Notes: generated from the letters alone by a model not told the origin. 62,514 nucleotides of DNA, filler included, from Nanobdellota archaeon (GCA_051819665.1; 6 parts of 6 records of this genome joined end to end with filler, not necessarily neighbours in it), one strand, 5' to 3'; positions 9,674 through 19,106 are shown, counted from the first letter of the whole stretch. Numbers and translations: made by a program.

Positions 9674-10636
9674 TTAACCCTGCTGTGATTCCTGGCTTAT
9701 ATATTCTATTGAAGGGGCTTCTTTAGGAACATTCTTGGTCGGCCTGATAGCAGCGTTGAATGCTACCTGCCTTTTCTTCGGACCAGGTATTGAGCCTTTC
9801 ACAAGCACGTATTTGCTCTTCACAAACCCGTAATTGACTATTCCCCCTGATGGATTTACCTCTTCAGGCTTCTCACCTATCTTCAGGATCCATTTATTAT
9901 AATCTGTCCTGAGATGGTAGCCCATCTTGCCTGCGCCCGGGACCCTCCACATGATATGTCCCTGACCGCACCACGGACCAAGGCTTCCTGCTGCCCTTTT
10001 GGTCTTCTCGGCATTATGTTCTCTGATCTTTACACCGAATCTCTTCACGGATCCCTGGTAACCCTTACCCGTTGTGACCGCATGGACATCTATCAGCTGG
10101 CCTTCGCCGAAAACATCAGCGATGTTCACTTCACCGCCGAGATTATCCTTGGCATACTTCAGCTGTTCATCCTTCCCGCCACCGACAGGTATCTCGAAAT
10201 AATCGGGTTTTTTCTTTCCTATCCCTGTATACTTAGGCTGAGTATATACACCGAGCCTTATGAAATCAAAATCAGTGATGTCATCGAACTTCTTCGATGA
10301 TTTGGGATAGCTCTTCTCGAACTCCTTGTCCAGTTTCCCTGCTGAGACCTCACCGACGGGTTTGGTGCCGTTCTCCGTCTCTTTGTAGAAACGGGCTGCC
10401 GCAACCTTCATAGGAGGACATTCCACTATAGTGGCAGGTGTTATGACCTCCTGACCCTTTGTCAGTGAAGTCTTTGAATTGTCGACGTACCTCAGATGAG
10501 TCATACCGGCCTTGAAACCTGCAAAGCCAAGGACACCCTGGCCTTCTGTCCAATGCCTGACTCTCGGGGTCTCACTCTTGGCCCTTTTACGCGGCCAAAA
10601 TTGCATACTTCCTCTTCTTGGATTGGCTTTTGTCAT
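9674..10636 (-). CDS. rpl3: 50S ribosomal protein uL3
   Basis: PRRGSMQFWPRKRA, FKAGMTH, GKGYQG.VKRFG, KGSIPGPKKR. Confidence 0.97.
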   Translation of the reverse strand: MTKANPRRGSMQFWPRKRAKSETPRVRHWTEGQGVLGFAGFKAGMTHLRYVDNSKTSLTKGQEVITPATIVECPPMKVAAARFYKETENGTKPVGEVSAGKLDKEFEKSYPKSSKKFDDITDFDFIRLGVYTQPKYTGIGKKKPDYFEIPVGGGKDEQLKYAKDNLGGEVNIADVFGEGQLIDVHAVTTGKGYQGSVKRFGVKIREHNAEKTKRAAGSLGPWCGQGHIMWRVPGAGKMGYHLRTDYNKWILKIGEKPEEVNPSGGIVNYGFVKSKYVLVKGSIPGPKKRQVAFNAAIRPTKNVPKEAPSIEYISQESQQG

Positions 10637-10779
10637 TTTTCAGATTAGCAAAATCTTTTTTACATATGACCTTTTTACAAAGCTTTCCAGAGAAAACTGC
10701 GTTTGGATCGCTTCTTTTCAGGTCAGTCTTGTCTGCTACTCAAACGTATGTTCAAGTAGGGGGTGGGATAAGAGCACTA

Positions 10780-10797
10780 TTTATAAAGCTTTCGAAA
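10780..10797 (-). promoter_or_regulatory. BRE/TATA-like promoter of the L3 operon
   Basis: Minus strand CGAAAGC-TTTATAAA about 145 nt upstream of the uL3 ATG. Confidence 0.6.
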
Positions 10798-10885
10798 AGT
10801 TCACTACCGACGGGGTATCGAACGTGCACCTTAAAGCGGCTTCTGGAGCCCACTTTGGACACAAATATAGATTTATGTAGACCCA

Positions 10886-11056
10886 TCATGGTCTTATTTT
10901 ATCCTCTGAATAATCACGACTTACGGCAGAGAGAGCCCTGTTGACCTCTTTCTCCTCATGATGATGCAGAAGTAGATATTCCTTTATAGAAGAAACAGAA
11001 TGGCCCTTCAGGAGAGCCTTTTTGATATAACCGACAAGTCTCTTATCAGGCTTCAT
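10886..11056 (-). CDS. small hypothetical protein (56 aa)
   Basis: MKPDKRLVGYIKKALLKGHSVSSIKEYLLLHHHEEKEVNRALSAV...; ATG overlaps the end of the PRC-barrel gene; amphipathic helical pattern; below the ORF-track cut-off. Confidence 0.55.
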   Translation of the reverse strand: MKPDKRLVGYIKKALLKGHSVSSIKEYLLLHHHEEKEVNRALSAVSRDYSEDKIRP

Positions 11057-11321
11057 CCTCTTCTTCCTGGTTGGATGAAGGCACTGCTGACTTGCTTATG
11101 ATCATTATGTCGCCTATGCTCTTCACCAGCTGATGAGGCACGATGACACCTTTAGCCGAACCCAGGACCTTGTTAAGGAACGAGTTCTTTGTCGATCTCA
11201 CTCTCCATCCGAAGACCTTGGTCTGAGTGAGGATTGCCTCCTCGAGGTCCCCGAAGTAATCTCCTGTGTCTGTAAACACCTTCATATCGTAAGTTTCGGA
11301 TATCTTTTTGACTTTTAGCAT
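11046..11321 (-). CDS. PRC-barrel domain protein (CdpB-like, possible cell-division factor)
   Basis: MKVFTDTGDYFGDLEE and VPHQLVKSIGDIMII match the archaeal PRC-barrel pattern. Confidence 0.8.
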   Translation of the reverse strand: MLKVKKISETYDMKVFTDTGDYFGDLEEAILTQTKVFGWRVRSTKNSFLNKVLGSAKGVIVPHQLVKSIGDIMIISKSAVPSSNQEEEDEA

Positions 11322-11408
11322 TATAATCCCTCCCTTGCCTATGGATTCATGATAAGCGATTTAATATATAAATGTTATTATTTTGGGCTGTATAATAGAG
11401 ATTTTAAA

Positions 11409-12212
11409 TCAATCATCAAGAGGACTTTTTATATCAAGGTAATCCTTCTTAGAGACATGAGTATAGATTGAAGTTGTCCTCAGATGCGAGTGGCCGAGGA
11501 GCTTTTGTATATATCTGATGTCAACACCTTTCTCTAAAAGATGAGTAGCAAAACTGTGCCTGAGCATATGAGGAGTTACTCCCTTATCCAGTCTCTTTAA
11601 TATATTCTGGACAGATTTCACTGTATATTTGCCATTCCTTCCTTCGAATAGGTAGTCACAGCTTGAATCTTTCCGACACAGGTGATCCAGAAGATCCTTC
11701 TTGACATTCTCTGATAGGATTGTGACCCTGTCCTTTTTTCCTTTCCCCTGTCTTATAAAAATGAGGTTCCTTTTTGTATCAATATCGGTCCTTTTTAGAT
11801 TCACGAGCTCACCCACTCTCAATCCTGAAGAGTACAACAGGCTTACGATAAGCCGGTGTTTCAGATTATCCAGAGACGAGATGAAATTTTCTATCTTATC
11901 CTTCGGTAAAGTCTTTGGAAGTGTCTTTTTCCTTTTCATAGCAGGGACCTCATCAGACATATAGTCCTTGCCTAAGACATTTTTAAAGAAGAATGCCAGT
12001 GAAGCTCTTATCTGCCTTATCGTACTTGACGAATAATTCCTTTTTGACAGAACCAAGATATAATCCTTAACCACGGCCTTGATCAGATCTTTGGAACCTA
12101 ACCATTCTAGAAACCTTGCCACATGATAAACATAGTTTGAGATTGTCTTTCCCGAATAGCCCCTGAGCCTGCATTCATCGGAGACTTTGACCAATAATCT
12201 TTCATTATCCAT
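11409..12212 (-). CDS. tyrosine recombinase (Xer/integron-integrase-like)
   Basis: N-terminal SAM-like RLRGYSxKT; GLRVGEL, GKGKKDR, HMLRHSFATHLLE, LLGH, IYTHV (catalytic R-K-H-R-H-Y intact); C-terminal KSPLD. Confidence 0.92.
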   Translation of the reverse strand: MDNERLLVKVSDECRLRGYSGKTISNYVYHVARFLEWLGSKDLIKAVVKDYILVLSKRNYSSSTIRQIRASLAFFFKNVLGKDYMSDEVPAMKRKKTLPKTLPKDKIENFISSLDNLKHRLIVSLLYSSGLRVGELVNLKRTDIDTKRNLIFIRQGKGKKDRVTILSENVKKDLLDHLCRKDSSCDYLFEGRNGKYTVKSVQNILKRLDKGVTPHMLRHSFATHLLEKGVDIRYIQKLLGHSHLRTTSIYTHVSKKDYLDIKSPLDD

Positions 12213-12337
12213 ATAGACCACCATAACAAAAACAGGATCATAAGAATTTAAACTTTGGTTCGTTTTTTCCGCAGGATCTTACCAAAAAACCGAATATATT
12301 AACACCTCTCCCAGAATATCTTCATTTAATAGGTGTT

Positions 12338-12437
12338 NNNNNNNNNNNNNNNNNNNNNNNNNNNNNNNNNNNNNNNNNNNNTTAATTAATTAANNNNNNN
12401 NNNNNNNNNNNNNNNNNNNNNNNNNNNNNNNNNNNNN
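12338..12437. other. artificial contig-joining linker
   Basis: N44-TTAATTAATTAA-N44 (stops in all frames). Confidence 0.98.
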
Positions 12438-12965
12438 CGTATCATAAACCCTAAGATACCCCCTTAGAGGTATAGAGTTGATTACATTATTCTTAAGTTC
12501 TCCTGACAAATTCTCGAAATTTTCAGTGAAAAAAATGGAAATTTTTCTGCCTAATGCTCTCTCATATTTTAATAGATCCAGAGGTTTTTCGGGCGATAGT
12601 AAAAATATATCAATATCTGACTCTTCTGTGTCCTCGCCTCTTGATGCAGAACCAAAAAGGATTATACAATCTGGCATGCAGGTGTCATAAAGATAATCTA
12701 TCAGACCAGAAGAGTGAAGGTCAAGTATTGTCTGGTTTTTCTTATGAATCCTAAAATATCTGTTTTCACGATTAGCCTTATAGACCGGATAAAGACCTTT
12801 ATTATCTTTTGAGATAAGACCCTCTTCTAATAGAAATTTTATATGATTTATAACAGATGGCTGACCTAAACTAATCTCACGAGATATCTCCCGGATATGG
12901 AACCCTTTAGTGGGTCTAAAAAAAAATAGATTCAATATTTTATTACTGTTATGATTTTTTAGCAT
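12438..12965 (-). CDS. HTH + minimal nucleotidyltransferase (MNT antitoxin-like), 3'-truncated
   Basis: N-terminal wHTH; ILFGSASRG...SDIDI nucleotidyltransferase motif; runs into the gap. Confidence 0.85.
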
Positions 12966-12986
12966 GTGTTATAATAAAATAACATA

Positions 12987-13571
12987 TTATTTAAACTTTT
13001 CCTCATAATAATCAATAAGTTTCTTTACACATTCTTCCTTAGACATCTTAGAAGTATCAACAACTACCTCTGGATTTTCAGGTTCCTCATAAGGTGCATT
13101 GACACCAGTAAAATCCTTGATCTCGCCCTTCCTTGCCTTCTTATAGAGCCCTTTAGGATCCCTCTTCTCGCACTCAGAAAGATCACATTTCACATGAACC
13201 TCAATGAACCTCTCTCCAAGAAGTTCCCTCACCTTGTCCCTGTCTTTCTTATAAGGCGAGATGAAGGAAGTAAGGACTATCAGACCTGCATCCACCATCA
13301 GCTTCGAAACCTCTCCTGTCCTTCTTATATTCTCCTCGCGGTCTTCAGCAGAGAAACTCAGATCCTTGTTAAGCCCGTGCCTAACATTATCACCATCAAG
13401 GATATAACACAACCGGCCAGAAGAGAACATCCTCTCCTCGAAGAGAGAAGCCAACGTAGACTTGCCGCTCCCCGAAAGGCCGGTGAACCAGAAAAGACAG
13501 GCCTTCTGATCAAGAAGCTTCTCCCTGTCCTCTTTCCTTATCTTATGATCATGCCAGACAATATTTCCCAT
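12987..13571 (-). CDS. cysC: adenylyl-sulfate (APS) kinase
   Basis: [40 protein letters not shown]. Confidence 0.96.
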   Translation of the reverse strand: MGNIVWHDHKIRKEDREKLLDQKACLFWFTGLSGSGKSTLASLFEERMFSSGRLCYILDGDNVRHGLNKDLSFSAEDREENIRRTGEVSKLMVDAGLIVLTSFISPYKKDRDKVRELLGERFIEVHVKCDLSECEKRDPKGLYKKARKGEIKDFTGVNAPYEEPENPEVVVDTSKMSKEECVKKLIDYYEEKFK

Positions 13572-13572
13572 A

Positions 13573-15342
13573 TTAATAGATTCCCCTGTTGAACCTCAGC
13601 TTCTCGGAGATCCTGACTATGTTCTTCTCTACACCATCTTTCTCATTGATGTGGAGATCAACCACACCGTCGAGCCGGCCGGCGTCACCGAGAGAGACTA
13701 TCATTATATTATCCCTCGAGAGGATAGTCTGGACCTTCCTCAGCTCTTCATGGGTGAGGTCACTGGCAGTGGCTATAACTATGAGGCCGGCATCCAGAAG
13801 GATATTACCTACCTCAGCAAGCCTCCTGATATGCTCTTCCCTCTGTTTCTTGTTGATATCCGCATCAAGACCTCTCAGGAGATTCCCTATGCCTAAAAAG
13901 TAGGGTTTCCTGCCTTCATCGAAGAGTTTCCTCTCGAACTGTTTCGCGAGGCTCTTTTTATCTACACCGGTCTCTCCTGTGATCAACACAAGCTTTGGTT
14001 TCTGTCCATACCTCAATGACCTCTCCTGAGCAGGGATTATGCTACGGTCCCATTTCTTCTCCCTCAGGAAAGCCTGGTCCCTCACTTCCTTATACTCATC
14101 AGGTATGTTCTCGGTTATTATCCCCCCTCCTGAAATCTCGTAATCATCCACGATCACGAAACGGCCAGTCGACTGGATATCCTTGGTGAGGTCGTAGGCA
14201 ATAGGTGACTGGAGCTCCAGGACTGCCTCCGCCACTTCGTGCCTCTCTATCCTTTCCTTCTTCTCGTTCTCAAGAGAGGAGGCATCAAGCACCTTCGATA
14301 CTTCCTTAAGCCTGAAAGGCACTTTCATCGTCCCGAGTTTTATATTGTATTCCTTATCTTTCATCATTGGGTTCCTGCCCATCCAGAATATGCTCACCTT
14401 CATCCCTGAGCTGACATAAGGCTGGGTATCCTCTACCCTGCACATCACATCCCCTCTGTTGATGAAGATCTGCTCTGTCAATGTAAAACCTGTCGCGTAA
14501 CCGGCAGAGATGCTTTTCCTCTCAGGTGCGGAGAAGGCCTCGATGGATTTTACGGTGGATTTCTTATTCGAAGGGAGGAAAATGACCTCATCCCCTACTT
14601 TGACTGTCCCCGAAGTGACCGTTCCGGCCACGATACGGCGGTTATCTCCATTCCTTGTGAACTTATAGACTCCCTGAACCGGCATCCTGAAAGGTTTCTC
14701 TTCCGGAGGACTTTCTTTTTCGAACTGGTCAAAGGTTGAAAGCACCGTGCTCCCATCAAACCAGGATAGATTATCCGAAGCTTCTGATATATTGTCCCCC
14801 TCCAGGCCTGAGACAGGGATGAAATCCTTGGCCTCAACACCTATCTCTGAAAGGAACTGAGAATACTCCTTCTTGATCTTCTCGAAACGTTCCTGACTGT
14901 AATCCACCAGATCCATCTTGTTGACACAGACGAATACCTGGGTTATGCCGAGCATAGAGAGCATATAACCATGCCTTTTCGAGTTCTCCTGGACACCCTC
15001 GTCAGCATCAATGACAAGAAGAGCGGCCTCTGCTCTCGCTGCTCCCGAGATCATGTTCTTCAGGAATTCTATATGGCCCGGAGCATCGATTATTATATAA
15101 TGCCTGTTCTCTGTCTTGAAGAACACTCTCGCACTGTCTATGGTTATGCCCTGGCTCTGTTCATCCTTAAGAGCATCGAGGAGATAAGCATACTCGAAAT
15201 TCTTGGATTCACGCCTGCATCTCTCTTTTACCTGCTCAAGCTTCCCTTCAGGAAGGGAGTTGGTCTCGGCAAGCATCCTGCCTATGATGGTGCTCTTACC
15301 ATGGTCTACATGTCCTACGATCACTACGTTCATCTGGTCCAT
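13573..15342 (-). CDS. cysN: sulfate adenylyltransferase large subunit with degenerate C-terminal APS-kinase-like domain (CysN/NodQ-like)
   Basis: [24 protein letters not shown] GTPase motifs; TGRFVIVD; CysC-like C-terminus. Confidence 0.92.
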   Translation of the reverse strand: MDQMNVVIVGHVDHGKSTIIGRMLAETNSLPEGKLEQVKERCRRESKNFEYAYLLDALKDEQSQGITIDSARVFFKTENRHYIIIDAPGHIEFLKNMISGAARAEAALLVIDADEGVQENSKRHGYMLSMLGITQVFVCVNKMDLVDYSQERFEKIKKEYSQFLSEIGVEAKDFIPVSGLEGDNISEASDNLSWFDGSTVLSTFDQFEKESPPEEKPFRMPVQGVYKFTRNGDNRRIVAGTVTSGTVKVGDEVIFLPSNKKSTVKSIEAFSAPERKSISAGYATGFTLTEQIFINRGDVMCRVEDTQPYVSSGMKVSIFWMGRNPMMKDKEYNIKLGTMKVPFRLKEVSKVLDASSLENEKKERIERHEVAEAVLELQSPIAYDLTKDIQSTGRFVIVDDYEISGGGIITENIPDEYKEVRDQAFLREKKWDRSIIPAQERSLRYGQKPKLVLITGETGVDKKSLAKQFERKLFDEGRKPYFLGIGNLLRGLDADINKKQREEHIRRLAEVGNILLDAGLIVIATASDLTHEELRKVQTILSRDNIMIVSLGDAGRLDGVVDLHINEKDGVEKNIVRISEKLRFNRGIY

Positions 15343-15343
15343 T

Positions 15344-16225
15344 TTACATGTACCCCTCTTTCCTCAGTGTCTCAAGGCCTCCGCCATCCTCCTTATCCTG
15401 CGCTCGGCCTGCCCTTTCAGCCACATTGCTGAATTTGCCTGACTCAAGCTCTTCGACAATCTCCCTGACATTCTTTGCAGTAGAATTTACAGGATTTGTA
15501 CACGGATAACAACCGAGAGACCTATACCTCTTTCCATTACCCTGATCGAAATAAAGATCGACTATGGGCACCTGCTCTCTTAAGATGTATTTCCAGAGAT
15601 CAAGCTCTGTCCAGTCAAGAAGAGGATGTATCCTTAGATGAGTGCCTGGCTTGAAATCAGTATTGAACTGGTTCCATAACTCCGGCGGTTGATCGCTGAT
15701 GTTCCACTGGCTCTGCTTCCCCCTCGGAGAGAAATACCTCTCCTTCGACCTCGAACCTTCCTCATCGGACCTTGCTCCGACAATAACCCCTGTATAAGGC
15801 TCTTTGTTCTTGTCAAGTTCGTATTCGCCAGTCTCATGGTTCATCCTGTACCTTGGCCAGTCACCCGCAAGCGTATGCTTCAGAGCTTCAGTCTTGAGGT
15901 TCCTGCAACAGGCGGTCCTGCTTATGGCCCCGTCAGGATATGTCTCTTTATTGTCGAGTTTCTCCCTGTTCTCGCCATAGACCATGTCAAGCTTCCAGTC
16001 TCTTGCAAGCTGATCCCTGTACCTGATCATCCTCGGTATCTTGAAATTCGTATCCACATGAACAAGAGTGAAAGGAACATGACCGAAGAATGCCTTCCTG
16101 GCAAGCCAGAGCATCACTGTGCTGTCCTTCCCTATGCTCCAGAGCATGCAGAGGTTCTTGAAATTACCGTATGCCTCCCTTAAGATGTATATCGATTGCG
16201 CTTCAAGCTCATCAAGTCTGTCCAT
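15344..16225 (-). CDS. cysD: sulfate adenylyltransferase small subunit
   Basis: [43 protein letters not shown]; start at MDRL (16225). Confidence 0.95.
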   Translation of the reverse strand: MDRLDELEAQSIYILREAYGNFKNLCMLWSIGKDSTVMLWLARKAFFGHVPFTLVHVDTNFKIPRMIRYRDQLARDWKLDMVYGENREKLDNKETYPDGAISRTACCRNLKTEALKHTLAGDWPRYRMNHETGEYELDKNKEPYTGVIVGARSDEEGSRSKERYFSPRGKQSQWNISDQPPELWNQFNTDFKPGTHLRIHPLLDWTELDLWKYILREQVPIVDLYFDQGNGKRYRSLGCYPCTNPVNSTAKNVREIVEELESGKFSNVAERAGRAQDKEDGGGLETLRKEGYM

Positions 16226-16427
16226 ATTCTGTACCCCATTTGATCCTGTCCCATGTCCTTTCATGGAAATAATATACCAGTAGTTTCACGAACACTTCCA
16301 CTACAGCAAGTGAGACCGAAAGCTCTATGCTGCCAGTGAAAATATAAACAAGCACCATCGTGGTCAACGTTGCCAGGGCTCTCCATGAAAGACTCTTAGC
16401 TAAACTCCTCTTTTTTGATTCTTTCAT
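16212..16427 (-). CDS. DUF2061-like small membrane protein
   Basis: [13 protein letters not shown]...YYFHERTW pattern; commonly found with cys genes. Confidence 0.85.
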   Translation of the reverse strand: MKESKKRSLAKSLSWRALATLTTMVLVYIFTGSIELSVSLAVVEVFVKLLVYYFHERTWDRIKWGTEYGQT

Positions 16428-16490
16428 AACAGGAAGTCAAGCCAAACAGATATTTATAAAACTTGTGTAATTCAATTACGGAAGAAAAGG

Positions 16491-16606
16491 GTTGACAGCT
16501 TCCCCAATTTCCCATGCAAAGCATAGTACAAATGGGGACGGAGGCTTGCTTGACTTTGGTGTTCGAAACGGGAACCAGTAGATCCAAACCCCTATGGCCG
16601 TCTAAC
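16491..16606 (-). rRNA. rrf: 5S rRNA (stand-alone)
   Basis: Reverse complement GTTAGACGGCCATAG...CCCGTTTCGAACACCAAAGTCAAG...GTACT...ATGGGAAA...GCTGTCAAC; terminal helix I pairs; TATA box ~25 nt upstream. Confidence 0.92.
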
Positions 16607-16717
16607 AGCCTGGGATGAGTTTTCCATTTATAAAATTTACGGAAATCTGTTACAATCAGGATAGCTTATCAAAAGATTTAATAATACTTACCTCTGGTTT
16701 ACAAATAAGGTGATAAT

Positions 16718-17278
16718 ATGCTGGATAAAATAATCAATGAAGCCAAGAATGCTATAGTAGCTACGGTCAAAGGAGCTGACGACACTGTTAGCGCACTTCG
16801 TGAAGCGGTCAGGGATCAGATTGTCGGCGTTCTGAAGGATGTAAAGGATATAGGAGTGAGCACCGAAGACTCCATCTCAGGAGTCACTAAAGGAGCTATC
16901 CAGGGAGCTTCCGGTGTCACGGGAGTCTCTATCGATGCGGTCAAGAATACAGTACAGTCTGCTGTCGGAGCATCCGCCGAGACAGGGAAGGATGTCTTTG
17001 TTTCCATCCAGAAAGCTTCACAGGGAGCCATTGAAGGCACAGGAAAAGTGGGTGAAGACATCGGAGGGGTCAGTGTAGCTGCTGTTGAAGGCACGATAAA
17101 TGCCGCCAAGAAGATAGGCGTAGACTCCACCGAAGCTGTAAGCGCTTCTGTCAAGGGAGTCATCGACGGTGCGAATAAGATAGGCAGTGATACCGCTTCT
17201 GCTGCAAAGAAAGCTCTCCTTAACGCTTCCTCTCTGCCGAGGGAAGTAGTGGAGAGCGTCATCAAGGGCAAGAAATGA
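16718..17278 (+). CDS. Ala/Gly/Val-rich protein with ~22-aa amphipathic repeats
   Basis: AGGTGA SD; recurring GAIxG/GTI/GVI at 22-aa spacing; T-rich terminator after the stop. Confidence 0.75.
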   Translation: MLDKIINEAKNAIVATVKGADDTVSALREAVRDQIVGVLKDVKDIGVSTEDSISGVTKGAIQGASGVTGVSIDAVKNTVQSAVGASAETGKDVFVSIQKASQGAIEGTGKVGEDIGGVSVAAVEGTINAAKKIGVDSTEAVSASVKGVIDGANKIGSDTASAAKKALLNASSLPREVVESVIKGKK

Positions 17279-17336
17279 TTCTTGCTCTTTTTTATTTCTG
17301 AAAAAATATTTAAAGTTGTAGTATAGATTAATATAT

Positions 17337-17849
17337 ATGTTCGTCAGGCTGAAGAAACTGAAGGGGAAAGAGTACGCCTATCTCGTCAGGAACAAATGGA
17401 CGAAGAAAGGACCCAGGCAGAAGACCAAGAAATACCTCGGCAGGTGTGTCGTTCCCGATAAGGCTGAAGAGCCTGACTTCAACGAGTATTATAACATCGA
17501 TACAGAAGAGCTCGTATACGGTAATGATATGAAGGGAGTTCTCTCAAAGCTCATGGAATTCGAGCTGTTCAAGCATGGTTTCTCCTACCATGGAAAGAAG
17601 ATGTATAAAGACAACATAGTCGGAAGGCCAAAAAGTCTAAGGGTTTATGATAAAGAGACGAAGAATAATATTGTCCTGAAGATCAATGAAGGTTACCTCT
17701 GTGAATACATGCTGAAGAAGATCCTCCGCTTCAGGTTCACCGGCAAGGAGGATGACGCTTACAGGTTCGCCGACAGTTTCGTGGCAGCGGGGATAAGTAT
17801 CCCGAAAGAGATCTTCGTTGAGCTTTACAGGAAACTTAATAATCAATGA
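17337..17849 (+). CDS. hypothetical protein with basic N-terminal beta-hairpin motif
   Basis: Leaderless after TTTAAA TATA box; MFVRLKK..GKEYAYLV..KW.KKGPRQK..KYLGR. Confidence 0.75.
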   Translation: MFVRLKKLKGKEYAYLVRNKWTKKGPRQKTKKYLGRCVVPDKAEEPDFNEYYNIDTEELVYGNDMKGVLSKLMEFELFKHGFSYHGKKMYKDNIVGRPKSLRVYDKETKNNIVLKINEGYLCEYMLKKILRFRFTGKEDDAYRFADSFVAAGISIPKEIFVELYRKLNNQ

Positions 17850-18865
17850 TTCCTGATGTTAGAAAGGCATTCCCTCGCTTCAGATATCTTACCCAGATCA
17901 TGTAAAACCAGAGATTTATTCATATATGCCTTCTCTTTAGACGGGTTAAGAGAGATTGCCCTGTCATAAGCCCTTATCGCCTCATATTTTTCCCCCAGGT
18001 CCTCTAATGCTATTGCCTTATTGAAATGGAATGCATCAGTATAAGGATCGAGAGATATAGCTTTATCGTAATCTTCAACAGCTTTGAGCAGAAGGCCCTT
18101 ATCACCGGATCTGCTGCTGAGGTTTTTCAGGGATAATGCTTTATTATTGTACAGATCCGGTGTCTTACTATGCATGGTCAGGCCATCAGCATACAATCTT
18201 AACGCCTCCTCATACCTCCCCTTGAGGTTCATATGGTTACCAAGGTCAATATACCAATCAAAGCTGGCCTGGCCAATATCGAGGGAATTCAGGTAAACCC
18301 CTTGTCTGATGCTCTCTTCATGAACTCCATATTTTCTCTTATACGTGCTGTCGCTCAATAAAGACCCTCTTGTACTCTCAATATTAATATGATCCCTTTC
18401 AGTCAAAAGGCGGGGGAAGATATGGCCAGGAACCACCGAAACTGCAGGAGAAAGACCGAAAATCTCGAAAACAGAATTGTATAAAGTTGTGTATGAAGAA
18501 CAATTAGCCTTACCTGACTCCATCTTTTTGCCCATCAATCCGCCTTCCCCAAAGCTCAATCCCTCTTCCCTGAAGATTCCATTGATTCTAATAGCAGCTT
18601 CCTTCAAAGCATTATAATTCACTCTCTCTTTAGAGAGAACCTCGTTAAGGATCCTGCTTTTCCCTGCCTTATCAAGAATACTTTTTACATTCTCATAAAC
18701 CGAAGGGTCGAAAGATACATGTTCCTCTTCCAGAGCGAGCCTTTCAAAAGCGGATGTTTCCTTAACCCCGCGTTTTCCGGATCTAAGCAGAATGAACTCC
18801 AGGTCCCGGCCCGATTTACTACCAAAATCCGATAGACCCATTATATAATCAGAATACTTAACCAT
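17843..18865 (-). CDS. transglutaminase-like (Cys-His-Glu) domain plus TPR repeats
   Basis: KANCSS, PGHIF, NIEST; C-terminal YDKAISLDP/YDRAISLNP TPRs. Confidence 0.8.
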   Translation of the reverse strand: MVKYSDYIMGLSDFGSKSGRDLEFILLRSGKRGVKETSAFERLALEEEHVSFDPSVYENVKSILDKAGKSRILNEVLSKERVNYNALKEAAIRINGIFREEGLSFGEGGLMGKKMESGKANCSSYTTLYNSVFEIFGLSPAVSVVPGHIFPRLLTERDHINIESTRGSLLSDSTYKRKYGVHEESIRQGVYLNSLDIGQASFDWYIDLGNHMNLKGRYEEALRLYADGLTMHSKTPDLYNNKALSLKNLSSRSGDKGLLLKAVEDYDKAISLDPYTDAFHFNKAIALEDLGEKYEAIRAYDRAISLNPSKEKAYMNKSLVLHDLGKISEARECLSNIRNH

Positions 18866-18905
18866 TTCTCCTCAAAAAAAAGAAAAAATAAAACAAGGGA
18901 AGAGA

Positions 18906-19106
18906 TCAGGCTTCCGCCTTCTCTTTGCCCTCTTCCTGCTCTTCCGAAGCAGTGCCTTTCAGGACAGCATCATAGTAGCTGATCGGCTTGAGATCCGTGA
19001 TCACGGTCCTGTGGATCAGGAACTTGCCGTCCTGGCTCTTCGAAACCTTTGTCTCGACAAGAGGCATCTTCTTCAACTGTTCTTCTCTCTTATTTGTAAG
19101 TCCCAT
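18906..19106 (-). CDS. small hypothetical protein
   Basis: GGTGA SD, native codon usage, T-rich terminator downstream. Confidence 0.7.
   Translation of the reverse strand: MGLTNKREEQLKKMPLVETKVSKSQDGKFLIHRTVITDLKPISYYDAVLKGTASEEQEEGKEKAEA

Noticed and set aside
10805..10830. tRNA-like GTTCGATAC on the minus strand
   Set aside because: Flanks do not form a T-stem and no cloverleaf can be built.
10752..10889. ~45-aa minus-strand ORF (MMGLHKSIF...)
   Set aside because: Runs through the L3 promoter and hairpins, with no recognisable motif.
12338..12437. TTAATTAATTAA within N-runs, repeated five times in the window
   Set aside because: Artificial contig linker, not biology; ORFs containing X runs and any synteny across linkers were disregarded.
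16396..16587. 63-aa ORF in the track
   Set aside because: Overlaps the 5S rRNA gene.
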